DNA from: Bacteroidales bacterium UBA5433
GTDB taxonomy: Bacteria > Bacteroidota > Bacteroidia > Bacteroidales > UBA932
NCBI GenBank assembly: GCA_002427525.1
Contig: DIRP01000002.1
Coordinates: 16,997 to 80,996 of the forward strand
Length of the DNA: 64,000 nucleotides
Direction of reading: 5' to 3'
How positions within the stretch are numbered: the stretch's first letter is position 1; every line of letters starts with the position of its first letter. Positions 7,257 through 16,658 of the stretch are shown piece by piece. The notes under the pieces are model-generated. The model made no database searches. It had not been told where the DNA came from and was given only the letters and a program-made list of their open reading frames with translations. The position numbers and the translations under genes were made by a program.

Positions 7257-10200
7257 CTATTTGTCAGTTTGAAAGAAATCCAGGCATTGTTGTACCAATT
7301 GTAGCCGTTCCCGGTGGCTGCTTATGGTTTCCAAAGGGAAGCCCAGCGTGATTACCTTGTAATCACCTTCCCAGGCGACGCCTGCACTCAGGCGGTTTTC
7401 CCGGTAACGTAAAATGGTATAGGCATCTTCTGTAGCCGGTTCAAAGGCATCGGGTGACTCTGCCGGGTAGGAGTGCTGGTTCAGTTGTGTATAAAAGGTG
7501 AAATCGGCTGCATGGGCCGGAATTCCTTTGTAAAATGCAGGAAAGGGAGAGGGCGAGGCAATGACTTCTCCCGTATGGGTAGCCCGGTTGCTTCTGTGTT
7601 CTACTTTTAACACTTCTTTAGCAAATTGCTGGGAGAGGGTGTCGGGTTTGGGGCCTTCCCAGAGGTCTGACGTAACGTAGGAACCGCTGAGCAGCAAATT
7701 GCCTCCGTTTTCTGCATATTTTGTCAGTTGCTGTTGCAGGGCGGCCGGGAAGGTAGCAAAGTCTGCCTTTCCTGTTTCTGTTCCGCCACGTAGTACGTGT
7801 TTTTGCTTGCCCAGGATCACGTCGATAGCAAAGTAATCCTCGTACCCCTCCGATGCGTTAAATGCATCCAGGCTGGACGTAACATACGTATATCCTTCCT
7901 GCGCAAAGCACATTCCGTGCACAATGGGGTAATCAAACGTATTTCCGGGTAAGACAGCTTTTTCCCAATCTGCATGGCTGGCTCCAAAGCCGGGTGCGTC
8001 GTCGTCTTTCCAGGGAATGGTACGGCGGAATTGAAATTGCGAGCCTATGTAGGAGATATCACGCAGGTACGGTACGCCGTGGTCTGATTTGTCCAGAAAA
8101 CCTGCAAAAAGTGTGTCTTCCGAGGCAAAACTGTCGGGAGCAGATACCCGGGTGAAGCCGTTCACAATAAGCACCTTCCCTTTTTCTTCTTCTCCGGGAA
8201 CCTTGTACAGGCTTACCGTTTCAGAAGGAAAACTTTCTCCGCCCGCGTTGACGGCAGTAACCTTGAAACTGTAATGAATTCCCGGTTCTATAGGAATCTC
8301 GGCCCGGTTAGATGCCACGTACATACCGCTGTCAAAGGGTTGGGAAAGGTCTCCTTTTCGGGTATAAACCACATAGCCTTCAGCTGTAGCCGTAGGTTCC
8401 AGTGAATCGGTTACAGGAATCCAGGTGAGCAGGGCGGTGCCGGGTGTTTTCAGTTCTACAGCCGGGGCACGGACGGGCAGGGGCTGCACGCAGTAGTCAA
8501 ATCCCAGGGAATGGCTCAGGTACCGGAGCATGCCCTTGTAAATGGCCCGGCTTACTGTAAAGCGGAACCGGGGGTCCAGTCCGTAACGCATATCGGCAAA
8601 GTTTTGGTGGGAAAGGAGTTCCAGGAGCATGGAGGGTACTTGTGCCGAGCGGCTTTCTGCATAGGAACGGTTCCATATCCCGCGCCGTGTCCAGTCGGGA
8701 TTCCATTCCCGGCGAATATCGTCAACAATCTGGGTTTGAACCAGATCTGTTAAGTCACGGGATGTCATGCGGCTGTGCCCGGTAGGGAGCAATTCTGTAC
8801 CGTCGCTGTCCCGTGTATAAATGGCCAGGGTGCCAATGATGCTGTCGTTCTTTGTTGTTCCGGCATCTGTATGGAAGGCCAGCGATAGGTCAACGGGGAT
8901 ATGCAAACCCGGATTGCCGGGGTATTTTTCCGAGCCTCCGGCCAGGGCATTTACCCACCGTCCCCGGGAAGAAAAGTCGTCGTTGTAATCGTTTGTTCCT
9001 TCATAATAGGTATAAACAGAGTCTGCAAAGCCGGCCCATTGGAGCCAGTAGCGGGATCCTTCCGTAAAACGGGGATAATTGCTGATTTGCGGGGATATAT
9101 CTATGTTACCGTAAGATGCGAGCAGAAAGGTATCCTGAATAAAACGGCCTATGTTACCCATGCCGCCGCCAAATTTTACGGCATCTGCCGTAACTACGGC
9201 ATTGACTTCCCGGCTTTCGTTGGAGAGCGTTACTTTTCCGTGCATGTTCCGGCCTTCATCAAAGAAGAACGTACCCAGGTAAACCCAGGTGCCTCCGCCC
9301 ATTTGCTGGTTTACACGAAACACATCTTTCCCTCCTTTGTGGTGAACGGTATAGCGTGCATCCCGTGCACTCTCCGGGATACTGGCATAGGAAACATATA
9401 CGGCGTATTCTCCGGCCTGTGGGATTTGAGGAACCCATTCGGCAAAAGCCGGTTGCATGGACGCCCTTTTGCTCAGGTTTGGGTTGTGGGTGGTGACTCT
9501 GCGGTACGTACCCATCCGGAACGGGTTGTCCACATGTGTGTAGACGTCTTTCTTATTGGCAAACCCGCGGGGGTCTGTTTCATCGGTACGCCACAAGTAG
9601 GTACCGGATTGTTCGCTGTAGCCGCTGGATGGGTCGTCGTTGTCCACCAGGACTTCGTGCACCTGCGTATCCCGTTCCCGTGGCAACAGGACGGTGGCTC
9701 CCGCGTTTTCCAGCATAGGTACAAGAAAAGGCAGTACATACGACATAGTATAAAGATCCTCAACGGTTTGGAACAGGCGTGCCCGCTGCCATTCCCACCG
9801 GGCCAGCTTTTGTTCGTAATACAGGCCGTGGCTGTGCCACAAGGCAATATGCCTGTTTTGCAGTCCGTTGGTTATGTTGTAGGGTTTATTTTCTTTTATA
9901 ATAAGCGGAGTTGGTCCCAGGTCCGGCCACTGGTGCCGGTTGCGTTTGCGCATATCTTTTTTCTGCTGTTCCAGTGCTTTCTCTTTTTGCCGGTTGACAG
10001 CTGCCTGACGGGCTGCCAGCTGTTGCTGCAGGGCTATTTCTTTGGGTGTACCTTGTCTCGGCTTTTGTTGTACCGGGGGTTTTTTGCCGGGATTAACGGC
10101 AGCTGCATGGTCTTTTTTGTTTTTATCCAGTTGTTTTTTTGTCAGCGGTTGGTATTGCGTGTTGTAATAGGCCGGTATGAGTTCTTCCAGCTTTTTCCCG

Positions 10201-10553
10201 TCTGTTGTCATGGTAATGGTATACCGGCTGAACTCTTCGGGAAGGAAATGAAGGATGGCTTGCCGGACAAGGGGTATTTTTTCTTCCCGTATGGGGTAAT
10301 CTGCCATGCCGTTTGAAAAGCGGAAAGTCAGCACCCGGTGTTTATTATCGATTTCAATATTCCGGATACTAATACGGGAGATACGCATTACTCCGTCTGA
10401 AAGAAGCACCTGCAAAGAATCGGTCAGGTTCCTGACTGCCGTACTGTCCGGCAGAGGATACAATGCATGGTTTCGGGCAAACTGATTGCTCTGTGCCAGT
10501 GCGCCAATAGTGAAACATGTGAAAGTCAGCAATAAAAGGATACGATTTTTCAT
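7257..10553 (-). CDS. large secreted multidomain protein with an Amidase_3 (MurNAc-L-Ala amidase)-like core and a fibronectin-III-like domain
   Basis: 1098 aa with a signal peptide (CFTIGALAQ). Has a K/Q-rich low-complexity linker (about residues 138-208). LSLAFHTDAG and SMLLELLSHQN resemble Amidase_3 metal and catalytic blocks. An FN3-like stretch (LTWIPV...YVVYT...YSFKVTAVNAGGES) follows. Function is uncertain. Confidence 0.5.
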   Translation of the reverse strand: MKNRILLLLTFTCFTIGALAQSNQFARNHALYPLPDSTAVRNLTDSLQVLLSDGVMRISRISIRNIEIDNKHRVLTFRFSNGMADYPIREEKIPLVRQAILHFLPEEFSRYTITMTTDGKKLEELIPAYYNTQYQPLTKKQLDKNKKDHAAAVNPGKKPPVQQKPRQGTPKEIALQQQLAARQAAVNRQKEKALEQQKKDMRKRNRHQWPDLGPTPLIIKENKPYNITNGLQNRHIALWHSHGLYYEQKLARWEWQRARLFQTVEDLYTMSYVLPFLVPMLENAGATVLLPRERDTQVHEVLVDNDDPSSGYSEQSGTYLWRTDETDPRGFANKKDVYTHVDNPFRMGTYRRVTTHNPNLSKRASMQPAFAEWVPQIPQAGEYAVYVSYASIPESARDARYTVHHKGGKDVFRVNQQMGGGTWVYLGTFFFDEGRNMHGKVTLSNESREVNAVVTADAVKFGGGMGNIGRFIQDTFLLASYGNIDISPQISNYPRFTEGSRYWLQWAGFADSVYTYYEGTNDYNDDFSSRGRWVNALAGGSEKYPGNPGLHIPVDLSLAFHTDAGTTKNDSIIGTLAIYTRDSDGTELLPTGHSRMTSRDLTDLVQTQIVDDIRREWNPDWTRRGIWNRSYAESRSAQVPSMLLELLSHQNFADMRYGLDPRFRFTVSRAIYKGMLRYLSHSLGFDYCVQPLPVRAPAVELKTPGTALLTWIPVTDSLEPTATAEGYVVYTRKGDLSQPFDSGMYVASNRAEIPIEPGIHYSFKVTAVNAGGESFPSETVSLYKVPGEEEKGKVLIVNGFTRVSAPDSFASEDTLFAGFLDKSDHGVPYLRDISYIGSQFQFRRTIPWKDDDAPGFGASHADWEKAVLPGNTFDYPIVHGMCFAQEGYTYVTSSLDAFNASEGYEDYFAIDVILGKQKHVLRGGTETGKADFATFPAALQQQLTKYAENGGNLLLSGSYVTSDLWEGPKPDTLSQQFAKEVLKVEHRSNRATHTGEVIASPSPFPAFYKGIPAHAADFTFYTQLNQHSYPAESPDAFEPATEDAYTILRYRENRLSAGVAWEGDYKVITLGFPLETISSHRERLQLVQQCLDFFQTDK

Positions 10554-10574
10554 AACAAGGGTTTAAACAAACAA

Positions 10575-10582
10575 CAAATATA
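10575..10582 (-). promoter_or_regulatory. -7 promoter box (TATATTTG on minus strand) for the 1098-aa gene
   Basis: Exact TAnnTTTG match on the minus strand, 21 nt upstream of the ATG at 10553. Confidence 0.4.
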
Positions 10583-10583
10583 A

Positions 10584-10591
10584 TAACTTTG
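10584..10591 (+). promoter_or_regulatory. -7 promoter box (TAACTTTG) for the DUF3810-like gene
   Basis: Exact TAnnTTTG match only 5 nt upstream of the ATG at 10597. This implies either a leaderless transcript or a downstream true start. Confidence 0.3.
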
Positions 10592-10596
10592 CCTTC

Positions 10597-11733
10597 ATGA
10601 AAATACGTAAGGTTTTACCGGTACTGGGCTTTAGCCTGTTTTTGTTGTTACTCTTTAAGCTGTTTCCGGTTTTGATGGATACCGTTTACAGCAGTTTTTT
10701 ATACAGGTACGTAGCACAGGGTGTGTCTGTAATTATGGCCTTTTTTCCTTTTTCCCTTGCCGAGGTGGTTCTTTTTCTTACTGTTTTTTTTCTGCTCTTT
10801 TTTTTGGTGAAAGCAGTGGTTTTGCTTATCAGACTTCCGTTTGCACAGGTGTGGGTCCGGTGGAAAGTTTGGCTGCGCAACCTGCTGGTGCTCTTTTTAT
10901 ACGGGGTTTCCGTGTTTCTGCTTACCTGCGGTGTTCATTACCACCGTGTACCCCTGGAGAATCACCTGGGGTATCCGAAGGAGCAGGCTTCTGCTGAAGA
11001 ATTGGCTGCGTTGGCCTTTGATTTGGTACAGGAGGTGAATCTGGCCGGTTCTTATACCCGACGTAATATAAACGGGGATATGATTCCCAGTGAGACGTTT
11101 GACGGGTATAAAAAAGCCATTGCGCTGGCGTATGATTCACTGGCTGTTACATCGGGACTTGCGGTACATGGCAGGTTCCCGGCTACCAAACAGGTATTTG
11201 TTTCCAAGGGCATGTCTTACGCTTTTTTGAGCGGCTTTTTCTTTCCGTGGACGTTGGAAGCCAACATTAACAAAGATGTTCCCATTTTTCGAATGCCGGC
11301 CATCATGGCGCACGAACAGGCACATGTACGTGGCTTTATGCGGGAAAATGAAGCCAATTTTCTGACGTACCTGATTGCCCGCCATACCAGAAACGGTGAT
11401 TTGAAGTATTCGTGCTTGCTGCTGTCTTTTAATTACGTGATGAACGCTCTTTACAAGGCGTCAAAAGAACAGCACCGGGAAGTCCTGGAAAAACTTTCTC
11501 CGCGGGTTTTGCACGATTTGCGCAGCGAGCAGGCATACTGGGAAAAATACCGTACCTCTTTTGCCGTTGCATCACAAAAGATCAACAATGCCTATTTGAA
11601 AGCCAATGCACAGCATGATGGAGTTGCCAGTTACGGCAGGGTAATAGACATGATGGTCTCTGAACATAAAATGCACCGGAAAGAAATGCAACAAAATCAG
11701 GACACTTCCGTTCATATAGTTGAAGGCATTTAA
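10597..11733 (+). CDS. DUF3810-like membrane protein with an HExxH zinc-peptidase-like motif
   Basis: 378 aa with several N-terminal TM segments. AIMAHEQAHVRGFMRENEANF matches my memory of the DUF3810 family. Confidence 0.65.
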   Translation: MKIRKVLPVLGFSLFLLLLFKLFPVLMDTVYSSFLYRYVAQGVSVIMAFFPFSLAEVVLFLTVFFLLFFLVKAVVLLIRLPFAQVWVRWKVWLRNLLVLFLYGVSVFLLTCGVHYHRVPLENHLGYPKEQASAEELAALAFDLVQEVNLAGSYTRRNINGDMIPSETFDGYKKAIALAYDSLAVTSGLAVHGRFPATKQVFVSKGMSYAFLSGFFFPWTLEANINKDVPIFRMPAIMAHEQAHVRGFMRENEANFLTYLIARHTRNGDLKYSCLLLSFNYVMNALYKASKEQHREVLEKLSPRVLHDLRSEQAYWEKYRTSFAVASQKINNAYLKANAQHDGVASYGRVIDMMVSEHKMHRKEMQQNQDTSVHIVEGI

Positions 11734-11746
11734 TAACGGAACAGGC

Positions 11747-12301
11747 ATGGATCAGGCATCCTTTTACAGGGAGCACCACAAAAGCATTTATTACACGTGT
11801 TTGCGGATAGTACGCTCTCCCAGGGATGCCGAGGAATGTATGCACGATGCCTTTGTTAAATTGTTTACAAGGGGCAACATGCACTATATCAATGATAAAG
11901 CTTGTTACGGCTGGCTAAAAAAAGTAGCAGTACGGGGGGCTATTGACCGTTTGCGCTCCCTGGACTTCAGGATGGCAAAAGAAACAGAACGCATTGACAG
12001 CCAAGTAGTGAACCGGGTTTTCGACGGGGAGGAACCGGACGGTACAACAAACGCGGAAGAAAAAGGGGAGCAGGCAGCAGCCTTGGTTGTTCTGATAAAG
12101 GAATTGCTCCATTCTTTTCCTTCGGGGTACCGCACCATTTTAAGCCTTTACCTTTTTGAAGGGTATGATTTTGAGGAAATAGCAGAAATAACAAAACTAA
12201 AGCCGGCTTCTGTCAGGAGTGCCTACAGCCGTGGCAGAAGAAAGCTTCAGGAAGAAATACAGCATCATGGATTCGTTACAGGCATTTATTCAGGAAAATA
12301 A
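11747..12301 (+). CDS. ECF (sigma-70 family) RNA polymerase sigma factor
   Basis: Region 2-like segment (Y..CLRIV....DAEECMHDAFVKLF) and region 4 HTH (L...YR.ILSLYLFEGYDFEEIAEITKLKPASVRSAYSRGRRKL). The ORF-track start at 11720 is TTG and overlaps the upstream gene, so I chose the first ATG at 11747. Confidence 0.85.
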   Translation: MDQASFYREHHKSIYYTCLRIVRSPRDAEECMHDAFVKLFTRGNMHYINDKACYGWLKKVAVRGAIDRLRSLDFRMAKETERIDSQVVNRVFDGEEPDGTTNAEEKGEQAAALVVLIKELLHSFPSGYRTILSLYLFEGYDFEEIAEITKLKPASVRSAYSRGRRKLQEEIQHHGFVTGIYSGK

Positions 12302-12722
12302 GGAATTGTTTGAACAGGAACCGCTTCCTGACGGACACGAAATCCGCTTTGCGGAACGGTTAAAAAAGAGAAAACAAAGGAAATCTAAGGTGCTAATCTA
12401 TAGCTCTGTAGCAGCTTCATTGCTACTAATGATTACGGTAGCTATTCACTTGAGTAAACCGTGTTTGACAGGCTCAGGCAGTTGTTACTACCAACAAATC
12501 ACCCGGCTTTCGGACCAGATTGAGCGGAGTACACGAGATCTTCCGGAGTACCGGCGCAGGGAAATACTTTTAACTGTGGCATCCATCTTGCCGTATTCAA
12601 AAGAAGAGTTCTCTGAAATGCTCCCTTCAGAAGTAAATAGCAAAGATGCAAAACGCTTAAATAAAGAATATTACCAGCAGTTATATGAAGGAATGAAAGA
12701 GATTGCAACATTAACAAAATAA
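12267..12722 (+). CDS. single-pass membrane protein, putative anti-sigma factor
   Basis: Overlaps the sigma gene by 35 nt. Has one TM segment (VLIYSSVAASLLLMITVAIHL). There is no zinc-binding anti-sigma motif, so the assignment rests on position only. The ORF-track start at 12219 is GTG; the first ATG is 12267. Confidence 0.45.
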   Translation: MDSLQAFIQENKELFEQEPLPDGHEIRFAERLKKRKQRKSKVLIYSSVAASLLLMITVAIHLSKPCLTGSGSCYYQQITRLSDQIERSTRDLPEYRRREILLTVASILPYSKEEFSEMLPSEVNSKDAKRLNKEYYQQLYEGMKEIATLTK

Positions 12723-12733
12723 ATTAGTGAATT

Positions 12734-13555
12734 ATGAAAAAATATGTAGTATTAGCAGCAACCCTTATCTGCGGCACATGGCTGTGGGGAAAGGAAACGG
12801 TTACCCGGCATTACCAGCTGGAACCTTTTACTTCCATTGATGCTTCCTTCTTGTACCAGATAGAGGTGGTAAAAGGCACGGCTTGCGAAATGGAATTGGA
12901 AATTCCGGAAGATCTGGTTAACGATTTGACCATCAAAGTATCTAAAAATACATTGTACCTGGGAGTAACCAGAGAATGGTGGCGTACAACAAAGAATGCC
13001 TTTAACAAAAGGTACGCGATTACGGCACGTATTACCATGCCGGAACTGGAGGGTGTTTCTTTGTCCAATGCCGCCCGGCTTTTTGCCAAAGATGGCTTTA
13101 TGCCGGATAATTTTCAGATCAAACTAACCGGGGCATCCGAGGCTTCTATTCACGTAATTACACATACAGTAAACGTTGATATAAATGGAGCTTCTAAATT
13201 AGAGATGAATGGATTGGCAGCTGAAACAAAAGCGTATGTCAACGGGGCCTCTTCCTTGAAATATTACCAGGAAACAAACACAATGGATGTGCAGGCTGGT
13301 GGGGCATCCGCCGTGGTCCTTTCCGGAAGCTCTGTATCTGCTGTTCTCAAAATTTCAGGTGCCAGCAGCGTCAAGGCTTTTGATTTTGAAACGGAAGATG
13401 TAGTTGTAAAGTGTTCAGGAGCTTCAAAAGCAGAGATTTTTGCGACAAATACCATTGCGGTGACCGCTTCCGGTGCTTCTGCTGTTCGTGTTAAGGGCAA
13501 TCCCAGGTATAGTAAGTCATCATCTACCGGTGCTTCGGTTATCAAACCTTATTAA
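12734..13555 (+). CDS. DUF2807-like (head GIN domain) secreted beta-helix protein
   Basis: Signal peptide followed by eight periodic (S/T/N/G)GAS.. repeats (TGASEASI, NGASKLEM, NGASSLKY, GGASAVVL, SGASSVKA, SGASKAEI, SGASAVRV, TGASVIKP). Confidence 0.6.
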   Translation: MKKYVVLAATLICGTWLWGKETVTRHYQLEPFTSIDASFLYQIEVVKGTACEMELEIPEDLVNDLTIKVSKNTLYLGVTREWWRTTKNAFNKRYAITARITMPELEGVSLSNAARLFAKDGFMPDNFQIKLTGASEASIHVITHTVNVDINGASKLEMNGLAAETKAYVNGASSLKYYQETNTMDVQAGGASAVVLSGSSVSAVLKISGASSVKAFDFETEDVVVKCSGASKAEIFATNTIAVTASGASAVRVKGNPRYSKSSSTGASVIKPY

Positions 13556-13564
13556 CAGAGCGTT

Positions 13565-14407
13565 ATGAAAAGAACAGCTACATTATTTGTTTTGCTTACA
13601 CTTGTAAGCACGTTGGCTTTTGCTCAAAAGGAAGTTATTGAAAAAAGGCAGTTTCAACCGGGTATTTTTACCGGAGTGGATTTGTCGGGAATTGTGCATG
13701 TGGTCATTGAAAAATCAGATGTACATACTTTGTCTGTTGAAACGTATGCAGACGTATTCGATTACCTGAAGGTCACAAACCGCAATGGCGTACTCTGTAT
13801 TGGGTTGCAAGACGGAGGGCTTCCAAAGTCTATACAGCGGAAATACAAAGATTTAGAGGTGTTATGTAAAGTAACACTTCCGGAATTGAAATGGATTCAG
13901 ACGAGTGGGGTGGTCCACCTTTCCGTCCGGGATGCTTTCCGGACAGACAAGATGGAAATTGAATTATCGGGTGTCACCAAAGTAGATATGAAGTACCTGG
14001 AATGTAATGAGTTGGAAATTGAGGTTTCCGGAGTTTCTGAAATCAGCCTGTACGGCCAGACAGATCAATTGAGTGCAGAATTGAGCGGGGCTTCCAAGGG
14101 ATATTTTTCGTTGGAAGGAAAAACCCTTACATTTGCAGCGGTAAAGCTAAGCGGCACCGGGAAGCTAACGCTTGAAGGGAAAGCGGTGCGGGCAGATTTG
14201 GATGCCAGCGGAACAGCAGCATTTGAAGGAGGAGGGTTTGAAGTTGAGTCCATGAGGGCGGCGGTCAGCGGGGTCTCAAAGGCCCGGGTACGGGTGCTGG
14301 GATCATTGGAACCAACACTTTCAGGTGCTTCCAAACTGCATTACAACAGGCAGGCCCGGCTTAGGAATGTAAATACAAGCGGTGCATCACGATTGACTTA
14401 TTATTGA
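13565..14407 (+). CDS. DUF2807-like (head GIN domain) secreted beta-helix protein, tandem paralog
   Basis: Signal peptide (LAFAQ) and the same periodic SG(V/A)S/GAS repeats. Starts 9 nt after the previous gene. Confidence 0.6.
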   Translation: MKRTATLFVLLTLVSTLAFAQKEVIEKRQFQPGIFTGVDLSGIVHVVIEKSDVHTLSVETYADVFDYLKVTNRNGVLCIGLQDGGLPKSIQRKYKDLEVLCKVTLPELKWIQTSGVVHLSVRDAFRTDKMEIELSGVTKVDMKYLECNELEIEVSGVSEISLYGQTDQLSAELSGASKGYFSLEGKTLTFAAVKLSGTGKLTLEGKAVRADLDASGTAAFEGGGFEVESMRAAVSGVSKARVRVLGSLEPTLSGASKLHYNRQARLRNVNTSGASRLTYY

Positions 14408-14433
14408 TATAAAAACCATTGACCGGAAATACC

Positions 14434-15516
14434 ATGACAGCAAAAGAAATCCATGACTCAATCTTTGTACTTGATTCCCATTGCGATACACCCATACTAT
14501 TGCGCAGAAAAGGCGTAGATATCGGCCAAAAATTGCAGACGGGACACGTAGATTTGGTAAGAATGAAAGAAGGAGGCCTGGATGCCTCGTTCTTTGCTAT
14601 TTACGTTTCCAACAAATGGGAGCCATACGAGTGTACGTTCAAAGCATTGGAGGCATGTGCTTCTGTTTACGACGTTTTGGACCGCCATCCGGACAAAGTG
14701 GGGTTGGCCACCAATGCCAAAACGGCCCGGGAATTGAAGAAACAAGGCCGGATTGCCCTCTTCCTGGGAATGGAGAATGCAGGCCCCATTCATAAAGACC
14801 TGTCTTTATTGCGTTTGTTCCACAAGCTGGGTGTTCGTTATATAACCCTTACGCATACGGGTAATAACGAAGTCTGCGACAGTTCGGCAACTAAGGAAAA
14901 GCGTTGGAACGGAGTAAGTCCCTTTGGCAGGGAATTGATTGCAGAGATGAACCGGCTGGGTATCCTGGTGGACGTGGCCCATATTTCTGATGCGGCTTTT
15001 TATGATGTTTTGAAATATTCCACGCGTCCGGTAGTATCAACCCACTCTTGCTGCAGAGCTTTATGTGATGTTCCCAGAAATCTTACAGATCAGATGATTA
15101 AAGATTTGGCTGCACAAGGAGGTGTGTTGCAGGTTACGTTCTATCCTACGTTTCTTGATAAAGAATATTCAGTAGCTGCAGGGCCTTTGCTGGATGCCTA
15201 CGAAGAAGCACAGGATTTGTATGATGCTGACCCCGTCGCCAACGAAAAATGCCTTAAAGAGGCTGAAAAGGCCCTTTTTGCACTGCCCAGACCTTCTTAC
15301 AAGAAAGTGGTAGATCACATTGACCATGTTGTGGGCCTGGTAGGGCCTGACCATGTGGGGTTTGGGTCTGATTTTGATGGTATTGACGTATGTCCGGCCG
15401 GCCTGGAAGACGTATCGTACATCCCCGTGCTTACAGAAGAACTCCATGCCCGGGGATATACACCCCGGGATATAGAGAAAATCATGGGAGGAAATTTCCT
15501 GCGTTTGCTGGAATAA
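14434..15516 (+). CDS. membrane dipeptidase (peptidase family M19)
   Basis: VLDSHCDTP, FFAIY, ITLTHTGNNE, VDVAH and GSDFDG are the metal-ligand blocks of renal-type dipeptidases. The first ATG is 14434 (the ORF-track start at 14419 is TTG). Confidence 0.85.
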   Translation: MTAKEIHDSIFVLDSHCDTPILLRRKGVDIGQKLQTGHVDLVRMKEGGLDASFFAIYVSNKWEPYECTFKALEACASVYDVLDRHPDKVGLATNAKTARELKKQGRIALFLGMENAGPIHKDLSLLRLFHKLGVRYITLTHTGNNEVCDSSATKEKRWNGVSPFGRELIAEMNRLGILVDVAHISDAAFYDVLKYSTRPVVSTHSCCRALCDVPRNLTDQMIKDLAAQGGVLQVTFYPTFLDKEYSVAAGPLLDAYEEAQDLYDADPVANEKCLKEAEKALFALPRPSYKKVVDHIDHVVGLVGPDHVGFGSDFDGIDVCPAGLEDVSYIPVLTEELHARGYTPRDIEKIMGGNFLRLLE

Positions 15517-15544
15517 TCAGGTCGTTCGCCGGGATAATCAGGTT

Positions 15545-16636
15545 TTACAGAAGACCGGCCGTGTGCAGGATATTTTCCAGCGCTTCCACGGTTTCTTCCC
15601 GTTCAAAGTCTCGGGTAGAGAAAATCAGAAGCAGGACTTCCGATTCAGGATACCTGCCCGCATATATCTTAAAACCGCCGTTATCGCCTGTATGGAAAAT
15701 CTTTTCTTTTCCGTAAGCTTGTCCAACAAACCAGCCGTATCCGTAGCCTGTATCGGGGAGATCTGTTGCTATATGAGCCGTGTGGGCACTTTCCGTCATT
15801 TCGGTTCCCAGCAGGGTGTTGTTTCTTAGGGCCAGTTCCCACTGCATGAATTCTTCTACAGACGTGTACAAAGCACCGTCTGCCTTGGAAGCAAAGAACG
15901 AGGTTTCTCCGTAGTCGTACTCATCCCATGTTTCGGTTTGTTCATTAAAACGGTAGCCGTGTGCCATGCGGGGAATCTCTCGTCCTTCTTCAAAATACAC
16001 GGTTTCCGGCATACCGGCCGTGTCAAAAATAACTTCTCTCATGTACGTTTCAAAAGGCATACCGGACGCTTGTTCAATCACAGTATACAGGAGCTGGAAT
16101 GTTGGGTTCATGTATTCGTAGGAAGTTCCCGGTTCAAAATTCAGAAAACTTAGTGTGTCCAGGTAGGAATACGATTCAACATCGGTTGAATGGTATACGT
16201 ATGCGCTGTCTGTACGCGGCCTGACATCGGGTATTCCGGAGGTATGCGACAGCAGGTGTTTCAGGGTTATGTCGTTGAAAAACTTTGCCTTAAAATGAGG
16301 GAAAAACTTTGAGACAGGATCTTCCAATGACAGTTTCCCTTCTTCTGCCAGACGCAGTGTGGCAAGGGCGGCAAACTGCTTGGAAACAGAGGCAATACAA
16401 AAGAATGTTTCAGGTGTAACTTGTGTGACGGGGTCTGTTGTTGCCAATCCGTATCCTTTTTTCAGCAGGACACGGTCTCCTTTCAAAAGAAGAACAGCTC
16501 CTCCCGGTTCTTCAGCAGGCCATAGGGTAACCAGCAGGTCATCTATTTGTTGAACAGCTTTATCAGCCCTGTTGTTGCAGGCAGCAAGCAGGAGGCCCAA
16601 AGCCATAAACAGTACGGTAATGTGTTTTCCAGACAT
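15545..16636 (-). CDS. serine hydrolase of the beta-lactamase (class C / PBP4*-like) family
   Basis: Lipoprotein signal (LLLAAC) and an SxxK active-site motif (IASVSKQF) in the usual position. 363 aa. Confidence 0.8.
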   Translation of the reverse strand: MSGKHITVLFMALGLLLAACNNRADKAVQQIDDLLVTLWPAEEPGGAVLLLKGDRVLLKKGYGLATTDPVTQVTPETFFCIASVSKQFAALATLRLAEEGKLSLEDPVSKFFPHFKAKFFNDITLKHLLSHTSGIPDVRPRTDSAYVYHSTDVESYSYLDTLSFLNFEPGTSYEYMNPTFQLLYTVIEQASGMPFETYMREVIFDTAGMPETVYFEEGREIPRMAHGYRFNEQTETWDEYDYGETSFFASKADGALYTSVEEFMQWELALRNNTLLGTEMTESAHTAHIATDLPDTGYGYGWFVGQAYGKEKIFHTGDNGGFKIYAGRYPESEVLLLIFSTRDFEREETVEALENILHTAGLL

Positions 16637-16658
16637 AAAGCAAAAGATTAAGTAAATG

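Noticed and set aside
8901-10316. Long antisense ORFs in the six-frame track. Examples: 8901-10316 (+), 3689-4507 (-), 6278-7123 (+), 22398-23207 (-), 23238-23876 (-), 29507-30214 (-), 38828-39298 (-) and 39958-40488 (-).
   Set aside because: Each lies entirely inside, and opposite to, a gene with strong family motifs. Their translations are low-complexity (rich in F, V, G, R, C) with no recognisable motif, signal or plausible start context. These are typical shadow ORFs.
7257-10553. Calling the 1098-aa protein a xanthan lyase.
   Set aside because: That label is, to my knowledge, an inherited database annotation without experimental basis for this family. The only motifs I can see are amidase-like and FN3-like, so I give a descriptive call instead.
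15513-15543. A direct repeat of ATAATCAGGT (15513-15522 and 15534-15543) between two convergent genes.
   Set aside because: It is a 10-bp repeat in a 28-nt gap that contains one stop codon and abuts the other. It is too short to distinguish from chance and has no associated structure.
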